Source: Escherichia phage vB_EcoP-ZQ2. From it: a stretch of 64,000 nt of DNA. The DNA lies in the sequence record NC_070874.1. The stretch is one strand, 5' to 3'. A program made the translations under genes and the position numbers. Below, piece by piece: positions 57,148 through 64,000 of the stretch. Below the pieces are notes generated by a model. That model searched no databases and had not been told where the DNA came from. It saw nothing but the letters and a program-made list of their open reading frames with translations. Each line of letters opens with the position of its first letter. Within the stretch, counting starts at the first letter, position 1.

Positions 57148-57315
57148 CTAGGACTGGTTCTTATACCATTCCCCGAACTCTTTCATCGCATCTTCTAGAG
57201 ACAAGCCTTCAAAGAATTGACTAAAGTGTCCGTTGTACGTCACACAAATCCTTGTAACGGTTTGCTTTAAGGGTGTGATTACTTCCCGTATATCCACCTT
57301 ATCAATACTAACCAT
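57148..57315 (-). CDS. small ORF (55 aa) translationally coupled to the rIIB-like gene, not in ORF track
   Basis: ATG at 57315..57313 overlaps the rIIB stop (TAATG); translation MVSIDKVDIREVITPLKQTVTRICVTYNGHFSQFFEGLSLEDAMKEFGEWYKNQS; followed by an 11-bp stem hairpin (57106-57135). Confidence 0.3.
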   Translation of the reverse strand: MVSIDKVDIREVITPLKQTVTRICVTYNGHFSQFFEGLSLEDAMKEFGEWYKNQS

Positions 57316-59351
57316 TACTTAGCAGCCTTAACTAGTTTGGTAGCTAACTTAGCTTCTTCTTCGGTCAGGCTCATTGCAGTGAATGACTTCTTAGCATGGC
57401 GCTTATAGTCTTGCAGAGCATGGCCTTTCTGATAGTCGGAATACGACGTATCATTCAGGATGCTACGCAGATTATCAGCGTGTGTTCCATTAATTGGTTT
57501 AGGGGCAGTTTTAACAGGTTTGCTTACCTTCACCGGTTTAGCTTTTGGTGCAGGAATGCGAGTACTACGGATAGTAGCAATAGCATCTACTACATCACTA
57601 CCTACGTCGAATGCACCCCAAGGCTTACGAGCTTTACCACGCAGTTCTACTAGAAGGTCAGCAGCAGCTAACTTATCTTCTGGTGTTGTTGCAGTGAGGA
57701 ACTCTTTTACCAGTTCCTGAATTTGTTCTTTCACAGTAGGAGCCTTCTTAATAATAGGTTTAAGGTCAGTAGCTTTCACTGGTTCAGCAGCTACAGCTTC
57801 ATTCAGCGACTCTTCCATATTCAGTGCTTCTTTACTAGCAACTGTACGGAATTGTTCTACAGAACCAGATGTGAGATTAGTGTATTTGAGATTAGTACCA
57901 CGATGTCCACCAACCATAATAAGTGTGGTAGGTGAACTATGGTTCCCAACGATGGCATCATTAAGCAACTTCTTACCTACTTCTGTCTTAGACAGGTAGA
58001 TACCATTGTTAACGTTATTACGTTCCTCTTCCGGTAGTTCAGCAATAATATGATATGCAGATACACGCATCTTATTGGTGCTGTACTGAGGAACAGCAAA
58101 CACATCTTCTGGTGCTACTTTACCAAGGATAGTTACGTCACCACCGAAGCTACGGATATAGCTCATGGATGCTACGTGTAGTCCATTAGAGCAGTCCTGG
58201 CGACGGTCAGGGTCTACCAGGTCTTCACGTACCTGCACTTTACAACCTACCCATTGACGAATGTTACCCGAGTGACAGTCAACGAATATACGTTTACCAT
58301 TCTCTGCGTCTTTATACTTCAGACGTTTCAGGAACAGGATTGAACCATCATCAGCAATAGGTAGTTCAGCAGTTTCCATGAACTTCATCAGGTCTTCCAC
58401 TGAGTGCAGACGATCTTTAATAACCGGAGCCAGACGCTCAAGGAACTTAGTAAAGCCCTTGTAGTCTTTTAGCTTGGCTGACTGACGTAAGTGACGCTGC
58501 AAGTTTTCAACTCCTGGGATAACCCCATTATTGGTAACAGCAACAACTACCTCATCTTCCTTCACATCAGTGTGGAAGTTAGCATCATCAGTACTAATAG
58601 CTCCCAATGCAGCCAACTTTTCAGAAGCAGCAGCTAGCTTATCCTGGTTCGTAGTTTTAGTTACTTCAATGTAAGGTGGTGGGGTATGTTTACGGCTGGT
58701 GAATACAATGTGTACTCCTTTGATGTGCTTGGCTTGTTTAGCAAACTCACTCATTTCATCATCGGATACTGCACGAATTGCAATAGGCCATTCCTGTTTA
58801 AGAGTACGGTCGGTATGGGCATAACCCCAACACAATACATCGTTAATAAAGCGAACCAGTGCAGGATGGTTATGGTCCTTATCCCAGCCAGTAACCCACA
58901 TCAAGTTGTCACGTCTGTCGTAGAAACCGTCTGCTACCGTTACTTCTGGTTCATTAGCCTGTACAGCCAGGAAAGTATCCATAGCTTTAGACACTAATGT
59001 TTTGGTTGGATTACCTAGCTTAATATCTGAGACGATACGGTCAGGTTGAGTACCCGTACCATCTTGAAAGAACTCTTTCAGTTTAGCTTTAGCTACCTTG
59101 AAGAAACGGACGAATCCGTTAGTATTCTTCTCTGCTTCCAGATATTCAGTACGCAGGTTTACCTCTGGTGCAATGTTTACTTCTATCTGGTCTTTAGTAG
59201 TTCCCAGACCTTTGGTTTGTGCTTCAGATACAATGCGAGCAACCCGTGGGTCGCTCTGAGGATATACAACCGTGGAGCCGTCAGGCTTCCACAATGTTAG
59301 GTTTCGACTGTCAACTGCCAGTGCGATGATAGAAATCAGTTCGATTTTCAT
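57315..59351 (-). CDS. rIIB: rIIB-like protein
   Basis: 678 aa; immediately downstream of, and 4 nt from, the rIIA-like gene; Lys/Ala-rich C-terminus; assignment by synteny with rIIA. Confidence 0.5.
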   Translation of the reverse strand: MKIELISIIALAVDSRNLTLWKPDGSTVVYPQSDPRVARIVSEAQTKGLGTTKDQIEVNIAPEVNLRTEYLEAEKNTNGFVRFFKVAKAKLKEFFQDGTGTQPDRIVSDIKLGNPTKTLVSKAMDTFLAVQANEPEVTVADGFYDRRDNLMWVTGWDKDHNHPALVRFINDVLCWGYAHTDRTLKQEWPIAIRAVSDDEMSEFAKQAKHIKGVHIVFTSRKHTPPPYIEVTKTTNQDKLAAASEKLAALGAISTDDANFHTDVKEDEVVVAVTNNGVIPGVENLQRHLRQSAKLKDYKGFTKFLERLAPVIKDRLHSVEDLMKFMETAELPIADDGSILFLKRLKYKDAENGKRIFVDCHSGNIRQWVGCKVQVREDLVDPDRRQDCSNGLHVASMSYIRSFGGDVTILGKVAPEDVFAVPQYSTNKMRVSAYHIIAELPEEERNNVNNGIYLSKTEVGKKLLNDAIVGNHSSPTTLIMVGGHRGTNLKYTNLTSGSVEQFRTVASKEALNMEESLNEAVAAEPVKATDLKPIIKKAPTVKEQIQELVKEFLTATTPEDKLAAADLLVELRGKARKPWGAFDVGSDVVDAIATIRSTRIPAPKAKPVKVSKPVKTAPKPINGTHADNLRSILNDTSYSDYQKGHALQDYKRHAKKSFTAMSLTEEEAKLATKLVKAAK

Positions 59352-59355
59352 CAGA

Positions 59356-61923
59356 TTAGTTACCTTTCAGTTTATTTAGACGATTACGGTAGAGGGACTT
59401 AAACCCAGGAATATCCTCTGGATTCTTCTTGAGGTGTTTAACCAAACTACCTAAGTCCAGCGACTGTAGGATGTCATTTTTATTCCAGCTATAGCTGAAT
59501 AATCCTTTGTAATCATTAAGTATTTGGAAATACTTATGATTGCGCGGATTAACCATCATTGTATATGGCTCTAAGTCATTAACTGACTTAATACAACCCA
59601 TTTCAACAAGTTTTTCTTTGTTGTCATGTGGTCGATTTCGTAGAAAGTCATATGCCCATTCATACTCTGGTTTAAAAATCAGATTCTGTAATGGTTTGAA
59701 GGTTAGACCCAGTATGTCTAGAATTTCCCAATACTCTCTGTCATCCAGTCCTACGTATTCCAGAATACCAATACGGTGTTCAGTGACATACTTCTTGAAG
59801 CCTTTACTGGTAATAACTGGCATCAGCTCCATAAAGCGAACATCATCAATGTGGATAGCACCTCGTCGTTTGGCCTTGTTAGCCTCGATTTGATTGCGAC
59901 AGACAACAGTTTCTGCTTTCATCTCATCAGATAACTCATACCATTTCCACATGGTTCCAATCCGAGCAGTTACAGGGCTACCAGCACCAACCTGATTAGC
60001 CAGTACATAGTACTTAGGCTGTTCTACCTCAACGAAACCATATTTCTCATGGAAGCTCGGGTCAGCAAAACCTTTGTCAATGTATGGCTTAGATACCAAA
60101 TCACCATTTTTATCCCGTGCAGGAGTAGTACCAAGAACTGCATTCAATGAAATCAGAGCATTGGTTTTACCCCCTGCTTTAGTTTTATTGGCAGCTATTG
60201 TCTTAGCTCGTTTCTCAGCAGCTAACTTAGCCTGTTCTCTACGGAAGTTAGTTGGTTTGTCCCACTCATTATATTGAGTAAGGTCAATTACCCGATAACC
60301 CATAGCAGTGAACTTAGCTACAGCCTCTTCTGCTGCACCCTTCTTAGGACCAACGACATGAACAAAAGCTGTACGCTCCAGGTCACCTCGGTTGTATTCA
60401 GGGAAATACGAGAAAGAGTCTGCACAATCAGACAAACGCCGGGTAACTACAACATTCTTGGTAGTGAATATGCCAATACCCTGATGGGAGTTAGGGAATG
60501 CTCTAAAGTAGTCAATAAGCTTACCTTTTACCAAGTCAACACTGTTACCTTGGTTCACTATGTAACCAGACCATTTAATACCCGTAGCTTTTAAAGCAGC
60601 AAGATGGGGTAAGTGCAGATGACGATATACTAATTTCTTGAATGGAGAGCATGTACTCTCTTCACGAGTATCCTTAAGAGCACGCATAGCTTTACCATAC
60701 AGTTTCTTAAGACCTGCATATTCAGGACGAGCCAATAATGCCTTATCGGATAAGTTACGCCAGTGTTTAATGTGATGCTTACGTTGCTTAGCCCATAAAC
60801 TAGAGGACATATAACGTTGAACAATAGGGTCTGTAACAGCAAGTAGGAAAGACGGATATTCCCAAAAGCGGGTAGAGGATTTAGAAGCATATTCTTCAAC
60901 CTGCTTAATAGCTTCAGGAATCTTAGCCTTAATCTCTTTCTCCATACGATCTACTAAATCTACACACAGAGTAGTAATACCATCATCAGTTAACTTCTGG
61001 TTAGATAGAGTTTCTCGGCTAGGAGCAATAGCTAGGGTATCTGGTGCAGCCTGAACTACTAGATTAGAAGCACCAATGATATTCATAAAGTTTAGGATAA
61101 GACCTACAGCCTCTTCACTAGCAGGGCTGGATACAATTGGGTACATTACATTGCCGTAACGAACGAATATGTTACTGTTACCCATATAACCCTTATACCA
61201 GCTATCAGACATATCATATGAACCAGGTTCAAATGACATGCCCAGTGTATCCAACAGAGTGTAGTCGCCTTGCTGAATACTAATGCCTTCTTCTGTTTTA
61301 ACGAGTTTAGTAGTACTAAGCTCGGCTTTAATTTCACCGTTAAACACAATTGATTTGATGTAGTGAATAAAGGTATTTAAATCATGTTTGCCTAACTGGA
61401 ATTTAACTTCCAGACCAGATTCCTCAGTAGGAATACCAGTAACAATGGGAACAATACCAGGCTTACCATCATTCTCAATCGCAGCCTTAGCCACGTTATA
61501 TACCGACATTTTTCCCTGGTTCCATGAAGTAACCTGGAAGCTATCTGTATAAGCGAATGGAGATTTACATCCCAGACCAAAGCCACCAGTAACACTACTG
61601 TTGGCCTTCTTAGTAGATGCACCATAGACACCATAAATGGAACCAATGAGTTCATCCGGGATTCCGTTACCGTAGTCTCGGAAGGTAATAAAGTTGTCTT
61701 TATCAATAGTGATGCGAATAGGAGTATCAGTCTTACCTGCTTCAATATGAGCATCCCAACTGTTACAGATAGTCTCACGAACTACTGCCAGAGTAGGATT
61801 GTTATATAGGGAAGTACTTAATACATGGAAGAATGCCGGGTCATCAGAGATGCCAAAGGCAATTGTTTCTTTGCCACCCAATGTCGCTGAGGTAGCTACT
61901 TCATTGGTATCTGCAACTAACAT
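59356..61923 (-). CDS. rIIA: rIIA-like protein with N-terminal GHKL (histidine-kinase-like) ATPase domain
   Basis: 855 aa; Bergerat-fold motifs ETICNSWDA (N box), RDYGNGIP (G1), GGFGLGCKS (G2). Confidence 0.7.
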   Translation of the reverse strand: MLVADTNEVATSATLGGKETIAFGISDDPAFFHVLSTSLYNNPTLAVVRETICNSWDAHIEAGKTDTPIRITIDKDNFITFRDYGNGIPDELIGSIYGVYGASTKKANSSVTGGFGLGCKSPFAYTDSFQVTSWNQGKMSVYNVAKAAIENDGKPGIVPIVTGIPTEESGLEVKFQLGKHDLNTFIHYIKSIVFNGEIKAELSTTKLVKTEEGISIQQGDYTLLDTLGMSFEPGSYDMSDSWYKGYMGNSNIFVRYGNVMYPIVSSPASEEAVGLILNFMNIIGASNLVVQAAPDTLAIAPSRETLSNQKLTDDGITTLCVDLVDRMEKEIKAKIPEAIKQVEEYASKSSTRFWEYPSFLLAVTDPIVQRYMSSSLWAKQRKHHIKHWRNLSDKALLARPEYAGLKKLYGKAMRALKDTREESTCSPFKKLVYRHLHLPHLAALKATGIKWSGYIVNQGNSVDLVKGKLIDYFRAFPNSHQGIGIFTTKNVVVTRRLSDCADSFSYFPEYNRGDLERTAFVHVVGPKKGAAEEAVAKFTAMGYRVIDLTQYNEWDKPTNFRREQAKLAAEKRAKTIAANKTKAGGKTNALISLNAVLGTTPARDKNGDLVSKPYIDKGFADPSFHEKYGFVEVEQPKYYVLANQVGAGSPVTARIGTMWKWYELSDEMKAETVVCRNQIEANKAKRRGAIHIDDVRFMELMPVITSKGFKKYVTEHRIGILEYVGLDDREYWEILDILGLTFKPLQNLIFKPEYEWAYDFLRNRPHDNKEKLVEMGCIKSVNDLEPYTMMVNPRNHKYFQILNDYKGLFSYSWNKNDILQSLDLGSLVKHLKKNPEDIPGFKSLYRNRLNKLKGN

Positions 61924-61966
61924 TTATTTACTCTCCAGATTAAATGTTGCTTCTCGGATGTGACTA

Positions 61967-62233
61967 TTAAGAATCTAATGCTGATTTACAGGCTTCGAAG
62001 ATTACTTTACGCATTTCCCGTTCTTTTTCCGGTTCCTCATGGGGACTGTAACCAAAAGGACTGTTTTGCATAAAACTAGCCAGAATTAGTAAATCTTCTT
62101 TAGATAGTTCATCAATAGTGATGGAGTATTGGTTTTTGCTTTTCACTGTAGCGTTAGCCATTGCGTTTACCTGCCATTGCTTGAAGGACAAATACAGCCA
62201 GATCTGCTGCTTGGTCATCACTAACTGGATCAT
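61967..62233 (-). CDS. hypothetical protein (88 aa)
   Basis: ORF track. Confidence 0.4.
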   Translation of the reverse strand: MIQLVMTKQQIWLYLSFKQWQVNAMANATVKSKNQYSITIDELSKEDLLILASFMQNSPFGYSPHEEPEKEREMRKVIFEACKSALDS

Positions 62234-62531
62234 TACCGTGCCCTAATTGAATGTGACCTTCATCATCCCATTCATCAAGCATACGCTGTACTTCGGACAA
62301 ACCGGCCTGAATCATTTCCTTGGTTGGTTCCAACCATAACTTACGTTCTTCTGCTAGTGCAGCAATGCACATGCATAGAGAGGCAATGTTTGCTGGGCAA
62401 GCAGCAATATCACCAGTTACTGCAATCTCACTAAGTGGGACAGCCTTACCGGTTTTACTATGAATTACTTCAGGATTGATCATGAATTTGCTCCAGGTTA
62501 TGGGCAGGAATAGGGAAGCATGGATAGTCAC
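62154..62531 (-). CDS. hypothetical protein (125 aa; start uncertain, overlaps neighbours)
   Basis: ORF track. Confidence 0.4.
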   Translation of the reverse strand: MTIHASLFLPITWSKFMINPEVIHSKTGKAVPLSEIAVTGDIAACPANIASLCMCIAALAEERKLWLEPTKEMIQAGLSEVQRMLDEWDDEGHIQLGHGNDPVSDDQAADLAVFVLQAMAGKRNG

Positions 62532-62688
62532 CGGTGGGGTCCAGTGTTACTGACACATGCAGTATATTGGTCATTTGAGTTAGCATTTGAGCAGCATTGA
62601 AATCATCCTGAACACAAGCGTATACAATGTCACCCTTCTCACCTTCACACATTACAGGTGTGTCTTTGATACGGTATTTAGCAGGCAT
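62470..62688 (-). CDS. hypothetical protein (72 aa)
   Basis: ORF track. Confidence 0.4.
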   Translation of the reverse strand: MPAKYRIKDTPVMCEGEKGDIVYACVQDDFNAAQMLTQMTNILHVSVTLDPTGDYPCFPIPAHNLEQIHDQS

Positions 62689-62697
62689 ATTGTTTCC

Positions 62698-62952
62698 TTA
62701 TTTTTTACTAATAATGGGGTTTTTGTAATTCCAGGCTTTACTAAGTTTTTCCAATTTAAACCCTGAATACCCATATTCTTTAGACAGAATCTCTTCAGCA
62801 GTATCCATTGCATTAATCTTGCTTAAACGCCCATCTATACAGATGTTTTTAAAACTGCCTGTGGATTCTCTGTATATTCCATTGGAATCTTTCTCCAACA
62901 TGGTTGCATACCAACTTGCCATAAGTCCTCCTGGGACAGTTATTGAAACCAA
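62698..62952 (-). CDS. hypothetical protein (84 aa)
   Basis: ORF track; followed by a hairpin AAGACCTCC-CGGA-GGAGGTCTT at 62966-62987. Confidence 0.45.
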   Translation of the reverse strand: MVSITVPGGLMASWYATMLEKDSNGIYRESTGSFKNICIDGRLSKINAMDTAEEILSKEYGYSGFKLEKLSKAWNYKNPIISKK

Positions 62953-62981
62953 AAAAAGACCTCCCGGAGGAGGTCTTAGGT

Positions 62982-63218
62982 TTACTTACTATTCTCTTCA
63001 ATGAAGCGTCTCATACGTTCCTTTGCTTCATCATGTTCCTTAATGGCTACATAGTCCCGTGCATAATAATATACACACCATAGGCCAATAGCACATGCAG
63101 AGAAGCGAGCCACTACGAAGAACATCTCTTCCAGGCTCTGAGCATTGTGTAATGAAAATACAAATTCCAGGACCAGGATTATATTTATAATCATTGCCTG
63201 GATAGCTAGTTTTTTCAT
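62982..63218 (-). CDS. small membrane protein (78 aa, two predicted transmembrane helices)
   Basis: ORF track; MIINIILVLEFVF and VARFSACAIGLWCVYYY hydrophobic segments; 4-nt overlap with the upstream gene. Confidence 0.5.
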   Translation of the reverse strand: MKKLAIQAMIINIILVLEFVFSLHNAQSLEEMFFVVARFSACAIGLWCVYYYARDYVAIKEHDEAKERMRRFIEENSK

Positions 63219-63997
63219 TCAGTAATAGTCTCACCAGGGATTAACTTACGGAATTGGATAAAGTGAAGCAGGTTACCTGAGTACAGATTCCCTTCTTTAT
63301 CCATGGATGTAACACCTTGTTCCCATGTAACTGGGTTCATGTTATTCACGTACTTCTCACTAAGGTTCATAGGCGTAGCCTGATGTTCCGTTGGGGAAGC
63401 ATGAATAGGTTGGTTTTCTACTAACTTAGCAAATAAGCCAAGGTCTTCTTCGATAGTAGATGGGAGTCCTTCAAAATTGTTATAAGAAGCACGAGCACAG
63501 CGTGCAGCACTTACTTTAAGAAGTAGGCCATGTACTTCTGCATCACTTGGTTCATCGCGTGCAACTCGATTACGTTTGCAGAAATTGTAAGCCCCAACAC
63601 GGTCAATATGAGCAATGTACGGCAGATGCCATTGTCCATATGGTAATGCTCTTGGTGTACTTTCTTCATGTGCCTTACGCATTGCTTGAGCCAGTTCACG
63701 AATCTCTGGTTGTGCATCTTTGTGGTCACGCAGTCCATAGAAGTTAGCCCAGCTAGTTGAAGTTACCACTACACGGATATGTGTGAAGGGTTCCAGAATA
63801 CGGTTAACAATCTGCTTATGTACTTGCCCACGACGCAACATTTCTGCATATGTAGCAACACTGGATGCAGCCTGTTCCCAGATAAAAATTGCATCACTGC
63901 GTTGGTCTTCAGATAATTCTTCAAATGCCTGCATACCTTTCTGGTTCTTGCCCCAGTGACTTGGCATCACTGGTTCATTACGAACCTGTTCAATCAA
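63215..63997 (-). CDS. hypothetical protein (260 aa)
   Basis: ORF track; no confident motif assignment. Confidence 0.5.
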   Translation of the reverse strand: MIEQVRNEPVMPSHWGKNQKGMQAFEELSEDQRSDAIFIWEQAASSVATYAEMLRRGQVHKQIVNRILEPFTHIRVVVTSTSWANFYGLRDHKDAQPEIRELAQAMRKAHEESTPRALPYGQWHLPYIAHIDRVGAYNFCKRNRVARDEPSDAEVHGLLLKVSAARCARASYNNFEGLPSTIEEDLGLFAKLVENQPIHASPTEHQATPMNLSEKYVNNMNPVTWEQGVTSMDKEGNLYSGNLLHFIQFRKLIPGETITE

Positions 63998-64000
63998 CTT

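Noticed and set aside
63215-63997. Possible thymidylate synthase (ThyX-like) assignment for the 260-aa protein
   Set aside because: Considered because N4-like phages often carry nucleotide-metabolism genes here, but I could not find the RHR-x7-S ThyX signature or a ThyA catalytic Cys motif; left as hypothetical.
1-64000. CRISPR arrays, integrase/recombinase or repressor genes, and transposase or insertion-sequence elements
   Set aside because: No regularly spaced direct repeats, no tyrosine or serine recombinase motifs and no transposase-like ORFs were seen; the only mobile-element candidates are the two HNH-AP2 endonuclease genes.

Overview
This window reads as a contiguous segment of an N4-like podophage genome (Schitoviridae-type), densely coded and lytic in character (no integrase or repressor seen). 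All calls are from manual reading of the sequence and ORF track; no database search or RNA-folding tool was run. Layout: (i) 1-8216, minus strand: early region, ending in the two genes of a split T7-like RNA polymerase (N4 RNAP II-type) that runs off the window start, with three copies of an N4-type hairpin promoter (CC-A(A/T)AA-stem-GGA-stem) and an operon of five tandem paralogous small proteins plus an HExxH mini-protein. (ii) 8388-41691, plus strand: late module with large terminase, tail fiber with C-terminal self-cleaving chaperone motif, beta-helix tailspike, lysis cassette (pinholin, SAR endolysin, embedded spanins), portal, scaffold, major capsid protein, virion proteins and a 3611-aa virion RNA polymerase. 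(iii) 41725-63997, minus strand: a 1.4-kb noncoding island with at least one tRNA-like gene, two HNH-AP2 homing endonucleases, and the replication module (RuvC/YqgF-like nuclease, SSB, P-loop ATPase, primase, PD-(D/E)XK nuclease, family A DNA polymerase, SF1 helicase, rIIA/rIIB-like). The most interesting candidates for something undescribed are the paralog array with its zincin-like partner, the structured noncoding island, and a small ORF inserted between the two RNAP II subunit genes.
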